This document shows, piece by piece, positions 9,441 to 20,558 of a stretch of DNA of 64,000 bases. Positions within the stretch are counted from its first letter, which is position 1, and every line of letters begins with the position of its first letter. The position numbers and the translations under genes are program-made. Under the pieces are notes generated by a model. That model was not told the DNA's origin, ran no database searches, and saw only the letters and a list, made by a program, of their open reading frames with translations. The stretch is from Acidobacteriota bacterium (GTDB lineage: Bacteria; Acidobacteriota; Vicinamibacteria; Vicinamibacterales; SCN-69-37), in the NCBI GenBank assembly GCA_003242705.2, contig QGVF02000005.1, positions 101,725 through 165,724 of the forward strand. Reading direction: 5' to 3'.

Positions 9441-9564
9441 CAGTCTCCTGGTGGGACTGCCAGCGCCTCCGATCCGTGATTTTTCACGAGTTCCACTTCG
9501 AGGCACACGCGCCGCCCCAGTTCCCCGGGAGTCCGGCGCCCCTGGAGAGAGAGGACTGACAGTC

Positions 9565-9852
9565 ATGAACGTGAGACCACTGCACGACCGCGTCATCATC
9601 GAGCGCATCGAGGAAACCGAGCAGAAGGTGGGCGGGATCATCATCCCCGACACCGCCAAGGAGAAGCCCCAGCAGGGCAAGGTGATTGCCGTCGGCAAGG
9701 GCCGCGTTGAGAAGGACGGCAAGGTGGTGCCGCTCGACGTCAAGGCCGGCGACACGGTGCTCTTCGGCAAGTACGCCGGGCAGGAAATCAAGATCGAGGG
9801 CCGCGAGCTGCTCATTGTCCGCGAGGAAGAGATCCTCGGCGTCATCGAGTAA
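9565..9852 (+). CDS. groES: Co-chaperonin GroES
   Basis: 95 aa: [44 protein letters not shown]... Confidence 0.95.
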   Translation: MNVRPLHDRVIIERIEETEQKVGGIIIPDTAKEKPQQGKVIAVGKGRVEKDGKVVPLDVKAGDTVLFGKYAGQEIKIEGRELLIVREEEILGVIE

Positions 9853-11523
<1,671 letters not shown>

Positions 11524-11546
11524 TCCGCTGCCCCGCGCAGAACGAA

Positions 11547-11582
11547 GGGCCGGCTGGACTGTTCCAGCCGGCCCTTCTTCTT
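11547..11582 (+). terminator. Rho-independent terminator after groEL
   Basis: GGGCCGGCTGGA, loop ctgt, TCCAGCCGGCCC form a perfect 12-bp stem, followed by TTCTTCTT. Confidence 0.75.
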
Positions 11583-11688
11583 GCCTGTCTGAAGCAACAT
11601 CCGAGGACGGCAGAGGCCATCACCAGCAACGCACCAGGTCGCGCCCCTTCCCTTGCAGGCGACCGCCCCGCGACGTGGCGTCAGCCCG

Positions 11689-12573
11689 TCAGTGCAGAGC
11701 GAACTCGATCTCGAGCGCCACGACGATTGGAACCGGGTTGCCGTTGCGGTCGGTCGCCGGGCGGAACACCCACTGCCGGGCCGCCTTGATCGCCTCCTGA
11801 TCGAGGCCGTAGACCGTGTCGAGCGAGCGCATCACGCGGACGTCGCCCACCGTACCGTCTTTCTCGACGACGGCCTCGAGCACGACCATGCCGGTGATCT
11901 TGGCGCGCATGGCCTCACTCGTGTAGTTCGGGCGGACGCGCCGAATGAGGACCGGATTCGTGATGCCGGCGCCCGGCCTGGCGATGCCGCCGCCAAAGCC
12001 GGTGCCCTGACCGGGACCGACGCCGTCGCCCGTGCCGCTGCCCATCCCCCGGCCCTGGCCTCCTCCGCCCGTGCCCGCCTTGAGCGCATCCGGCGACAGG
12101 CCGCTCGCCTGAGGCGCCGTCGCACCTACCGTCATCACCGGGACCGTCATGGTCGGAGGCGGCGGCTCAGGTGGCGGCACCGGAGGGGGCGGCGTGAGGG
12201 GCGGAGGCTCCGGCTCGGGCTGCGGCGTCTCCGGAATCACCATCGGCTCGGGCGGTGCCGGGTCGGGGCTGCCGCCGCCTCCACCGCCAGGCCCTTCCTC
12301 GGGCTGCAGGTACACAAGGGTGCCGATCGGGAGCGGACGCTCCTCGTACACCTGAATGGCCCGCGGGCGGGTCAGGAGGAAGGCGGCAATCGCTACCAGC
12401 AGGACGTGGGCAGCCAGACTGCCGAGCGTCGCGCCAAGCGCACGCTTCCTCTTGTCGTGGTCGGCGCCGGCAAACAGCGAACCCGACTGTGACAGCCAGC
12501 CGGACGGAGGCGTCGGGATTGCGGGGGATTCGGGCCGCTCGGGCGACGCGTTCGGCGGAGACGCAGTACTCAT
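11689..12573 (-). CDS. tonB: TonB family energy transducer
   Basis: I chose the internal ATG at 12573 (MSTASPP...). A transmembrane helix [15 protein letters not shown] is followed by a Pro-rich linker ([22 protein letters not shown]) and a TonB C-terminal domain ([30 protein letters not shown]). The upstream 48 codons of the track ORF look non-coding. Confidence 0.8.
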   Translation of the reverse strand: MSTASPPNASPERPESPAIPTPPSGWLSQSGSLFAGADHDKRKRALGATLGSLAAHVLLVAIAAFLLTRPRAIQVYEERPLPIGTLVYLQPEEGPGGGGGGSPDPAPPEPMVIPETPQPEPEPPPLTPPPPVPPPEPPPPTMTVPVMTVGATAPQASGLSPDALKAGTGGGGQGRGMGSGTGDGVGPGQGTGFGGGIARPGAGITNPVLIRRVRPNYTSEAMRAKITGMVVLEAVVEKDGTVGDVRVMRSLDTVYGLDQEAIKAARQWVFRPATDRNGNPVPIVVALEIEFALH

Positions 12574-12743
12574 CGATTGATGGAGGGCTCGCTTGCAAGT
12601 ATAGCCTGCCGCCGCGGCGGACTCCCACGGGGCCGACCGACGTTGCGGGCGGCGCGCCTTCGAAAAATCAGACGCCGCGCTGCGACGGCCGGCCGGCCGA
12701 CGCAACGGGGTGTACAATGGCGGAACGCCAGCTGGAGACTCTT

Positions 12744-12911
12744 ATGCGACTTGGAATGTGGGAGCTGATCGTCATCCTCTTCATCGTCATCCTGATCTTC
12801 GGAGCCAACCGGCTGCCGGAACTGGGGCGCGGCATCGGCCGTGGCATCCGGAACTTCAGGGACGCGACCCGCGAGGAGAAGACCAGCGGCGACGTCGGCA
12901 CCGACGCCTGA
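12744..12911 (+). CDS. tatA: Sec-independent translocase subunit TatA/E
   Basis: [39 protein letters not shown] is the classic TatA helix, hinge and amphipathic helix. GGAG lies 7 nt upstream of the ATG at 12744, and a TACAAT hexamer lies at 12712-12717. Confidence 0.85.
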   Translation: MRLGMWELIVILFIVILIFGANRLPELGRGIGRGIRNFRDATREEKTSGDVGTDA

Positions 12912-12912
12912 C

Positions 12913-15201
12913 CTAGCCCTTCCGCCTCCTGCCGGAGCGGGCGGCCTTGCGCAACGCCCGCTCCCGGCGTCCGGGCCGTCCCGCCACCTTCGGCTTCCGG
13001 ACCTCCGTCTTTGGCCGCGTCCGGCTCCGCTTGACCGCTTTTCCTTCCCTGGCCGCGACGGCCTCCAGAATCTCTGACAGCCCCAGATCGATCTGTCGCC
13101 GCTCCAGATCGACGCGAATCACCTGCACGCGCACCCGGTCACCCAGCCGGTACACGCGGCCGCTCGACTCGCCGCGCAGCGTGTGCGCCCGCTCCGAGTA
13201 CCGGTAGTAGTCGTCGGCCATCGTCGAGATGTGCACCATGCCCTCGACGAAGTGCTCAATCAGCTCGATGTGCAGCCCGTAGGCGCTCACACCGGTGATG
13301 TAGCCCTCGAACTCCTCGCCAACCTTGTTGGCCATGAAGCGGACCTTCTTCCACTGCACGAGCTCGCGCTCGGCATCGGCAGCGCGCCGTTCACGCTCCG
13401 ACGTGTGGCGGCCGATCTCCGGCAGCTCCTCCGCCAGCTCCGCCTTCCGCTCGGCGTCGACGCGGCGGCGGCTCTCGCGCAGCACGCGGTGCACGACCAG
13501 ATCCGGATAACGGCGAATCGGCGAGGTGAAGTGCGTGTAGGCGTCGGTGGCCAGGCCGAAGTGCCCGAGGTTGGTCGCGTCGTACCGCGCCTTCTGCATG
13601 GTCCGGAGCATCAGGAACGCGATCGGCTTCTCTTCCGGCTTCCCGCGGATGCGCTCGACGAGCTGCTGGAAGTGACGGGGCTCGACCCGATCGGGCGGCC
13701 CGGGCAGCCGGTAGCCGAGCGTGCCGATGAACTCCTGGAACACCTCCACCTTGAGCGGGTCCGGCTCTTCGTGCACACGATAGAGGGTCGGCATGCCGAT
13801 CTTCGCGAGGTGCGCGGCCACGGTCTCGTTGGCCACGAGCATGAATTCCTCGATCAGCCGGTGCGCCACGTTGCGCTCCGACGCCACGATCGCCTCGACG
13901 AGTCCGGCGTCGTCGAGAACGACGAGCGCCTCCTGAAGGTCGAAGTCGATGGCCCCGCGCCGGCGCCGGCGGGCATGCAGCACGTCGAACAGCTCGTGCA
14001 TGCGCTCGAAGAGCGGCACGAGGGGCCGGTAGCGATCCATCATCACCGGATCGCGATCGGTGAGGATCGCGTTCACCTCGGTGTAGGTCATCCGCGCGTG
14101 GCTGTGGATGATCCCGTCGTGCATCTCGTACCGGACCACCTCACCGGTACGGTGGTCGATTTCCATGAGGCACGACTGCACCAGGCGGTCGACGTGGGGA
14201 TTCAGGCTGCACAGTCCCGTGGCGAGCTCCGACGGGAACATATGCACGGCGCGCTCGGGAAAGTACACCGACGTGCCGCGCTCGTAGGCTTCGCGATCGA
14301 GCGCACTGCCCTCCGCGACGTAATGCGCCACGTCGGCAATGTGCACGCCGAGCCAGAAATTGCCGTTGGGCAGCCGCTCGACCGAGACCGCATCGTCGAA
14401 GTCGCGCGCCGACTCGCCGTCGATGGTCACGACCTGCCACGACCGGAAGTCCCTGCGTCCGCGGCGATCGCGGTCGCTGACCGCCGTCCCGAGGCGCGTG
14501 GCTTCGGCAATCGCGTCGTCGCTGTGTGCGTCCGGGATGTTGTACTTGCTGATGATGACGCGCGTGTCGACGCCCGGCGCGTCGATCGGCCCGAGCACCT
14601 CGACAATGCGGCCCAGCGCGGGACGCGTCGGTGTCGGCCAGCGCGAGATGGCCGCCACGACCATCTCGCCCGGCACCGCCCCCATCGTCTCGCCCGACGG
14701 CACCTGAATGTCGATTACCAGCCGGCGGTCGAACGGCACGACGAATCCCCGGCCTGCGTCGTCGACGTCGTACCGTCCGACAACGCGCTCGGCACCGCGC
14801 TCGAGGATGCGGAGGATGCGCCCCTCGGCCCGCTCGGCATCGCGCTGACGTTCGATGCGCACGACGACGCGGTCGCCATGCATCGCCTGATTGAGGTTGT
14901 TGCCGGCGATGAAGATGCTCGACGGTACGCCGGCTCCGGGCGGCGTTTCGGGCTCGACGAACGCAAAGCCACGGGGATTGGTGGATACGCGCCCCACGAC
15001 CAGGTTCATCCGATCGGGCAGGCCGTACCGCTGTCCCCGAATCTCGATGAGCGCGCCGCTGTTGACGAGCGACCGCAGCTGCCGTTTGAACGTGGCCCGC
15101 GCCTCGCGCGGAATTCTGAGGATCTGCAGGAGCTGTCGCGCCGTCGCGGGGTGATCGACCTTCTCCCGGATCGCGCGCAGCAGCTGACTTTCCGAATACA
15201 T
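12913..15201 (-). CDS. rnr: Ribonuclease R
   Basis: 762 aa. It has an N-terminal HTH/cold-shock region (GFAFVEPE), an RNB domain (DFDDAVSVE, HIADVAHYV, YFPER..HMFP), an S1 domain and a basic Lys/Arg tail. Confidence 0.93.
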   Translation of the reverse strand: MYSESQLLRAIREKVDHPATARQLLQILRIPREARATFKRQLRSLVNSGALIEIRGQRYGLPDRMNLVVGRVSTNPRGFAFVEPETPPGAGVPSSIFIAGNNLNQAMHGDRVVVRIERQRDAERAEGRILRILERGAERVVGRYDVDDAGRGFVVPFDRRLVIDIQVPSGETMGAVPGEMVVAAISRWPTPTRPALGRIVEVLGPIDAPGVDTRVIISKYNIPDAHSDDAIAEATRLGTAVSDRDRRGRRDFRSWQVVTIDGESARDFDDAVSVERLPNGNFWLGVHIADVAHYVAEGSALDREAYERGTSVYFPERAVHMFPSELATGLCSLNPHVDRLVQSCLMEIDHRTGEVVRYEMHDGIIHSHARMTYTEVNAILTDRDPVMMDRYRPLVPLFERMHELFDVLHARRRRRGAIDFDLQEALVVLDDAGLVEAIVASERNVAHRLIEEFMLVANETVAAHLAKIGMPTLYRVHEEPDPLKVEVFQEFIGTLGYRLPGPPDRVEPRHFQQLVERIRGKPEEKPIAFLMLRTMQKARYDATNLGHFGLATDAYTHFTSPIRRYPDLVVHRVLRESRRRVDAERKAELAEELPEIGRHTSERERRAADAERELVQWKKVRFMANKVGEEFEGYITGVSAYGLHIELIEHFVEGMVHISTMADDYYRYSERAHTLRGESSGRVYRLGDRVRVQVIRVDLERRQIDLGLSEILEAVAAREGKAVKRSRTRPKTEVRKPKVAGRPGRRERALRKAARSGRRRKG

Positions 15202-15220
15202 ATGACGGATTCCGTTCCTT

Positions 15221-15634
15221 CTAGCGCACGACCGTGGGCACCGACGCCTCCAGCGTCCGCAGCGCCTCCGCAGCCGCGTCTGCGGCGGCGGCGTCGAGCG
15301 CGCCGCTCAGCTGATCGGCCTGTTCGAGCTGCGCCAGCGCCGCATTGAGCTGTCCGGCCCGATCGGTCTGCCCTGCCTCGCGCAGACGCTCCTGCAGCCG
15401 GACCGCTACGGCGCGTGCGCGTTCGAGCGACCGGCGCGCGTCGCCGAAGTTCGATCGCGTAAGACTCACCTGCGCCTCGAGCACCGCGGCGCGCGCCTCG
15501 GCAAGATCGGCCCTGATGCCGGCATTCGAGAGATCGACGGCGAGCGAGGTGCGATTGGAAGCGCCGGTGCACCAGCCGACGGCAAACGCGGCCACTACGG
15601 CCGCGGCGACGAGCCCCAGCGTCTTGAGCGTCAT
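15221..15634 (-). CDS. Hypothetical membrane-anchored helical protein
   Basis: The internal ATG at 15634 gives MTLKTLGLVAAAVVAAFAVGW followed by an Ala/Leu/Arg-rich helical region. I recognise no family signature. Confidence 0.45.
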   Translation of the reverse strand: MTLKTLGLVAAAVVAAFAVGWCTGASNRTSLAVDLSNAGIRADLAEARAAVLEAQVSLTRSNFGDARRSLERARAVAVRLQERLREAGQTDRAGQLNAALAQLEQADQLSGALDAAAADAAAEALRTLEASVPTVVR

Positions 15635-15659
15635 GGCGGAAGAATACCCGCGAAGCGGG

Positions 15660-17030
15660 TCAGGCGAGCAACAGAACCTGCAGGTCGCCGACGTTCGTCC
15701 CGGTCGGCCCACGCCTGATCAGGACGCCGAGTCGATCGAGCAGCGGGTAGGCGTCGTTGTCGTCGAGCGCGCGCTGCACGATGCCGGCCCCGTCAGGGCC
15801 GAGCGTAGCAAAGGTGTCGCTGTCGACGAAGGCCCCGGCGGCGTCGGTCGGACCGTCGACGCCATCGGTGCCGAAACTCGCGAGCGCGGCCGGGGCGGCG
15901 TCAGCGAGCGGTGCGAGCGCGGCGAGCGCAAGTTCCTGGTTCCTTCCGCCGCGGCCCTGCCCCCGCACGTCAACCGTCGTCTCGCCGCTCGCGATCAGGC
16001 ACAGGGGCCTGGCCCCTCCGTCCGACAACGCGCGCTGTACCAGCGCTGGCCCGGCGGCGCGGGCGGGCCCCGTCGTCGGCTCGTCGACCACGATCGTGCG
16101 GTAGCCGATGCGCTCTGCCGTGTGAGCAGCCGCACGCATGGCGTGACGTCGGGTGGCAATGATCCAGTACGCGCTGGCGTGGAGTGCGGGGGCGCCGGGC
16201 GGCACGGGCCCGCTGCGACGGCCGGCGGCACCGTCGCGCAGGTGCGTCAGCGCAGCGGCCGGAATCCGCGCCGTCAGACCGGCGTCCTCGATGATGCGGA
16301 GCGCGTCGGCGAACGACGAGGGGTCGCCCACCGTCGGGCCCGACCCGATCGCGGCGGGATCGTCCTCGACGGGCGTGCACACGTCGGAAATGGCCAGGGT
16401 GATCGTCCGCCCCGCGCGCGCAGCCAGCTGCCCGCCCTTGATGGCCGACAGATGGCGCCGCACCGTATTGATCGCGCCGATGTCGAGGCCGGCCGCGAGC
16501 AGCGCCGCGGTGGTCGCGGCCTTGTCGTCGATCGTCAACCCTTCGGCCGGAACGGCCAGCATCGCCGATGCGCCGCCCGACAGACAGACGAGCAGGACGC
16601 CACGCTCGCATTTCGTGGCATCGGCGAGCTCGAGTGCGAACCGACCCGCTTCTTCGCTCGTGGCGGACGGCGTCGGATGGCTGGCCGCAATCGCGCGCCA
16701 GCGCGGCAGCACGGCATGCGCGGGTGCCGTAATCAGGCCGGCGCTGACACGCGGTCCCAGCGCCGATGCGCACGCCTGCGCCATCCCTATCGCCGCCTTG
16801 CCCGCCGCCACGACGCGCAGCGGAGCGTCGGCCGGCAGCGAGTCGCCCAGCGACGCGAGGGCATGCCCGGTCACGCGGCGCGCGTCGACGGCAGCGAGCG
16901 CAGACGAAACGATGGCCGCCAGATGCTGGCGGAGTCGAGGGTTAATGGAGCTGATGGGGTTCGATCCAGGCGGAAAGGCGGGTGACGGTTTCGAGTTTGC
17001 GCAGCAGGTCGGCAAGTCGCCTGCAGCCAT
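15660..17030 (-). CDS. Glycerate 2-kinase / hydroxypyruvate reductase-like protein (DUF4147 plus MOFRL domains); start uncertain
   Basis: Signatures include GGASAML, GGETTV.V.G.G.GGRNQE, FGTDGVDGPTDAAGA and TGTNVGDL. The conserved N-terminus begins near LRQHLAAIVSSALAAV. The only canonical starts (ATG 17030, TTG 17015) overlap the upstream mini-ORF by about 75-90 nt. Confidence 0.8.
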   Translation of the reverse strand: MAAGDLPTCCANSKPSPAFPPGSNPISSINPRLRQHLAAIVSSALAAVDARRVTGHALASLGDSLPADAPLRVVAAGKAAIGMAQACASALGPRVSAGLITAPAHAVLPRWRAIAASHPTPSATSEEAGRFALELADATKCERGVLLVCLSGGASAMLAVPAEGLTIDDKAATTAALLAAGLDIGAINTVRRHLSAIKGGQLAARAGRTITLAISDVCTPVEDDPAAIGSGPTVGDPSSFADALRIIEDAGLTARIPAAALTHLRDGAAGRRSGPVPPGAPALHASAYWIIATRRHAMRAAAHTAERIGYRTIVVDEPTTGPARAAGPALVQRALSDGGARPLCLIASGETTVDVRGQGRGGRNQELALAALAPLADAAPAALASFGTDGVDGPTDAAGAFVDSDTFATLGPDGAGIVQRALDDNDAYPLLDRLGVLIRRGPTGTNVGDLQVLLLA

Positions 17031-17262
17031 CGTCGCGCTGGCAGAGCTGTTCGATCTGCTCCATCAATCGCTCGAGGGCCTGCTCGGCCTGGCTGATGGC
17101 CGCGTCCGAGTAGTACTCACGCTGCCGTTCCAGACAGGCATAGTGCTTCTGCAGCTCCTGACGGAAGAAGTCCGCCAGACAGTGGCAGGGAGCGTCCCGC
17201 AGCGGCTGGTGGGGAGAACCTGAAAAAACGCCGTTCGCCGGACCAGACTTGTTGACCATCAC
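16942..17262 (-). CDS. Hypothetical Cys-rich helical mini-protein (about 105 aa)
   Basis: The ORF starts GTG-ATG and the sequence is protein-like: ...PCHCLADFFRQELQKHYACLERQREYYSDAAISQAEQALERLMEQIEQLCQRDDGCRRLADLLRKLE... It has five Cys, visibly lower GC than its neighbours and a TAA stop. A canonical promoter lies directly upstream. I recognise no family. Confidence 0.4.
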   Translation of the reverse strand: MMVNKSGPANGVFSGSPHQPLRDAPCHCLADFFRQELQKHYACLERQREYYSDAAISQAEQALERLMEQIEQLCQRDDGCRRLADLLRKLETVTRLSAWIEPHQLH

Positions 17263-17277
17263 GAAAGGAACATACCC

Positions 17278-17306
17278 AGTCTAAGTAAGCCTCTACCCGC
17301 TGTCAA
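17278..17306 (-). promoter_or_regulatory. Sigma-70-type promoter (TTGACA, 17-nt spacer, TAGACT) in the gatB to mini-ORF gap
   Basis: On the minus strand, TTGACA lies at 17306-17301 and TAGACT at 17283-17278, with an exact 17-nt spacer. It sits in a 52-nt, lower-GC intergenic gap. The predicted transcription start is only about 10 nt upstream of the mini-ORF start. Confidence 0.45.
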
Positions 17307-17314
17307 TTGCGGGA

Positions 17315-18781
17315 TCACGCCCCCGGCGACGACGCCGCACCGCCGAGCGCGTCGCGCAGCAGCTGGTTCGCCACCTTCGGATCGATACGCCCCTTCCCTT
17401 TCTTCATCACCTGGCCGACGAGGAAGCCGATCACGTTCGTCTTGCCCTTCCGGTACTGCTCGACGGCATCGGCGTTCTCGGCGAGGACGCTCTCGACGAG
17501 CGCCGCAATGGCCGACGTATCGCCCGTCTGCGCGAGCCCTTCTTCGTCGACGATGGCCTTCGCGCGGCGTCCCGTCGTCCACATCCGATCGAAGACGTCC
17601 TTGGCGACCGTACTCGAGACGACGCCACGCTCGGCAAGATCGATGAGCTCGGCGAGCGCCTCGGGCGTGACCGGAACGGCGCTCATGTCGTCGCGGCCGA
17701 GCTCCTTCAGGCGCCGCCGGATCTCGCCCTGGATCCAGTTGCTCGCCGCCTTCGCCTGCGCGCCGGCCGCCACCACGCGCTCGAAGTAGTCGGCACCGCC
17801 GGTGATCAGACGCACGAGCAGGTCCGCGTCGTAATCGCTCAGCCCGTGCGCGGCCATCAGCCGCTGCTTGCGCTCCTCGGGCAGTTCGGGCAGCGTGCTG
17901 CGGATCGCTTCGACCCACGCCTGCGGGACGTCGAGCGGCTGCAGGTCCGGCTCGGGGAAGTACCGGTAGTCGTGCGCCTCCTCCTTCGTGCGCATCGACG
18001 TGGTCTCACCGAGATCGCTGTCCCAGAGTCGCGTCTCCTGAACCACGCGCCCGCCGCTCTCGAGAACGTCAATCTGGCGCTCGATCTCGTACTCGAGGGC
18101 CTTCTGCAGGAAGCGGAACGAGTTGACGTTCTTGACCTCGGTCTTCGTGCCGAACGTCGCCTCGCCGACGCGGCGCACCGACACGTTGGCGTCGCAACGG
18201 AGGCTGCCCTCCTCCATGTTGCCGTCGTTGACGCCCAGCGCGACCAGGATCTCGCGGACGCGGCTGAAGCACTCGGCCGCGTCGGCCGCCGAGCGCAGGT
18301 CGGGCTCGGTGACGATCTCGATGAGCGGGACGCCCGCCCGGTTGAAGTCGACGGCCGTGTACCGGTCGGAGTCCGGCAGGCCGTGATGCAGCGACTTGCC
18401 CGCGTCTTCTTCCATGTGGATGCGGGTGATGCCCACGTACCGCGTCCGGGCATCGGGCCCCAGTTCGAGCCGGCCCTCGACGGCAAGCGGCTGGTCGTAC
18501 TGCGAAATCTGGTACCCCTTGGGCAGGTCCGGATAGAAGTAGTTCTTCCGCGCGAAGATCGACCGCGCCTGGATGCGGCAGCCGAGCGCCAGCCCCGCCC
18601 TGATGGCCAGCTCAACGGCCCGGCGGTTCAGGACCGGGAGCGCCCCTGGCAGCCCCAGGCAGACAGGACAGACGTTGGTGTTGGGTGGTGCGCCGAACGT
18701 CGTGGCACATCCGCAGAAGATCTTCGTGGCCGTCAGCAGCTGGGCATGAATCTCTAGACCGATAACCGGCTCGTACCGCAT
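17315..18781 (-). CDS. gatB: Asp-tRNA(Asn)/Glu-tRNA(Gln) amidotransferase subunit B
   Basis: The internal ATG at 18781 gives MRYEPVIGLEIHAQLLTATKIFCGC... with PVCLGLPGALPVLN, a C-terminal GatB/YqeY domain and 488 aa in total. Confidence 0.95.
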   Translation of the reverse strand: MRYEPVIGLEIHAQLLTATKIFCGCATTFGAPPNTNVCPVCLGLPGALPVLNRRAVELAIRAGLALGCRIQARSIFARKNYFYPDLPKGYQISQYDQPLAVEGRLELGPDARTRYVGITRIHMEEDAGKSLHHGLPDSDRYTAVDFNRAGVPLIEIVTEPDLRSAADAAECFSRVREILVALGVNDGNMEEGSLRCDANVSVRRVGEATFGTKTEVKNVNSFRFLQKALEYEIERQIDVLESGGRVVQETRLWDSDLGETTSMRTKEEAHDYRYFPEPDLQPLDVPQAWVEAIRSTLPELPEERKQRLMAAHGLSDYDADLLVRLITGGADYFERVVAAGAQAKAASNWIQGEIRRRLKELGRDDMSAVPVTPEALAELIDLAERGVVSSTVAKDVFDRMWTTGRRAKAIVDEEGLAQTGDTSAIAALVESVLAENADAVEQYRKGKTNVIGFLVGQVMKKGKGRIDPKVANQLLRDALGGAASSPGA

Positions 18782-18848
18782 GACGCCCAATGTTACGGTA
18801 TGACGCGCGCGGTGCTGCGCTGCGGCCGCCCGGCCTCGTCCGAGCCTC

Positions 18849-19847
18849 ATGATTCACCGTCGACTCTTCCTGTCCTGCGTGCTCGTCCTGGCCCTCGTCG
18901 CGGCAGGCAGCTGCGGCGGCCCTCCGCCGTCCGTGCCGGGCCGCGACCCACTGGTGCTCCCGGAAACGATCCTCGTCCGCAGCCAGGGACGCATCGTTCG
19001 CGTGCCGCTCGAGGAGTACCTGATCGGCACGACGCTCGCCGAAGTCGGTCCCGTCGGTGAACGGCCCGAGGTCGTCGAGCGCATCTTTCGCGTGCAGGCC
19101 ATCATCGCCCGGACGTACGCCGCATCCCACCTCGGCCGGCACGCCGCGGAGGGATTCAACCTGTGCGATACGACCCACTGTCAGGTCTACGACCCGGCGC
19201 GGCTCCGGACTTCCCGATTCGCCGCCGCCGCGCGCGCGGCGGTCGACGCAACCCGGGGACAGATTCTCGTGTTCAACGGACGCCCGGGCCAGGCACTTTT
19301 TCATGCCGACTGCGGTGGTCACACGGCCGATGCGGCCGCTGTCTGGGGTGGCCAGAGCGTCCCCTACCTGACCGGCGCCCCCGACCCGCTGCCGGAGGGT
19401 ACGCACCGGACCTGGCAGTTCGAGCTGACTGCGGACCAGTTGCGCGAGGCGCTCAACGCCAGTCCGACGACTGCGATCGGCGCCACCCTTCACCGTGTTC
19501 GTGTCGCGGCGCGCGACGCGAGCGGACGCGTCGCACTCGTCGAAGTCGACGGCAGCGAGCCGCGCAGCCTCCGGGGCGAACAGCTGCGTGCCGCCATCAA
19601 TCAGGTGTTCGGTGCGCGCGCCATCATGAGCACTCGCTTCACGCTGGAGCTCACCGCCGAGGGGGTCTACCGGTTCGAAGGAACGGGTTACGGCCACGGC
19701 GTCGGCCTGTGCCAGGTCGGCGCCGCCGCGCGGCTCCGACGAGGCGACGACGTAGCCCGCGTGCTGGCGGCGTATTACCCGGGCACGACCCTGACGCGCG
19801 CCGCGTCCCAGGTCACCAGCCGGCCGCGCCCGTTCCCGGGGCGCTGA
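18849..19847 (+). CDS. SpoIID/LytB domain protein (lytic transglycosylase / amidase enhancer family), probable lipoprotein
   Basis: The signal reads LALVAAGSC. Signatures include VQAIIARTYA, CDTTHCQVY, FHADCGGHTA and GYGHGVGLCQVGA. Confidence 0.85.
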   Translation: MIHRRLFLSCVLVLALVAAGSCGGPPPSVPGRDPLVLPETILVRSQGRIVRVPLEEYLIGTTLAEVGPVGERPEVVERIFRVQAIIARTYAASHLGRHAAEGFNLCDTTHCQVYDPARLRTSRFAAAARAAVDATRGQILVFNGRPGQALFHADCGGHTADAAAVWGGQSVPYLTGAPDPLPEGTHRTWQFELTADQLREALNASPTTAIGATLHRVRVAARDASGRVALVEVDGSEPRSLRGEQLRAAINQVFGARAIMSTRFTLELTAEGVYRFEGTGYGHGVGLCQVGAAARLRRGDDVARVLAAYYPGTTLTRAASQVTSRPRPFPGR

Positions 19848-19886
19848 TAGAATCTCGGTAAACAGCCGGCCAGTTGTGACGTATCT

Positions 19887-20558
19887 ATGACAGAGCAGGA
19901 CCAGACGCCGGTCAGCGCCCGCGAGGCGGACGCGCGCGTCGCCATCGACATTCGGGCCTTCCAGGCCGAAGGTCGACACGATGCCGCCCGCGAACGCTAC
20001 GGCGAGCTGGTGGCCCGATATCAGCGGCGCGCCGTGCGCATTGCCTATCACTATCTGCGCAATGCCGCCGACGCCGATGAGGCCGTGCAGGACGCTTTCA
20101 TCAAGGCGTACATGCACATCGGGACGTTCCGTGAGGACCTGCCGTTCGAAGTCTGGTTCACGCGCATCCTCATCAATGGATGCCTGGACCGAATCAAGGC
20201 CCGGCGGCGACGCGAGCGCTGGCTCGCGCCGCCGATGCTCGACGCGGCCGGCGTCGAGCGGGACCCGGCCGAATACGTGCCGTCGCGCGGCCCGAGCCCC
20301 GAGGATCTGGTGCTCGCCGACGAGCGGCACAACCGGCTCATGGACGCCGTGGCCGAGCTGCCCGAACGCCAGCGGATGGTGTTCATGCTGAGCCACATCG
20401 ACGGCCGGACGTCGCGGGAAGTGAGCGCAATGACCGGTCTGAACGAATCGACCGTCCGGGTGCACCTGTTCCGGGCCATTCGTCGGCTCCGGGGCCTGCT
20501 GGTCGCACCCACGGTCAAGGGCACCGTCGCCGGAAGGAGCAAACGTGCGAATCGCTGA
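19887..20558 (+). CDS. ECF-type RNA polymerase sigma factor
   Basis: Region 2 reads RIAYHYLRNAADADEAVQDAFIKAY. Region 4 reads LPERQRMVFMLSHIDGRTSREVSAMTGLNESTVRVHLFRA. Confidence 0.9.
   Translation: MTEQDQTPVSAREADARVAIDIRAFQAEGRHDAARERYGELVARYQRRAVRIAYHYLRNAADADEAVQDAFIKAYMHIGTFREDLPFEVWFTRILINGCLDRIKARRRRERWLAPPMLDAAGVERDPAEYVPSRGPSPEDLVLADERHNRLMDAVAELPERQRMVFMLSHIDGRTSREVSAMTGLNESTVRVHLFRAIRRLRGLLVAPTVKGTVAGRSKRANR

Noticed and set aside
13183-15348. A 721-aa plus-strand ORF opposite RNase R
   Set aside because: The opposite strand encodes an unambiguous RNase R. This frame gives low-complexity, Arg-rich sequence without domains.
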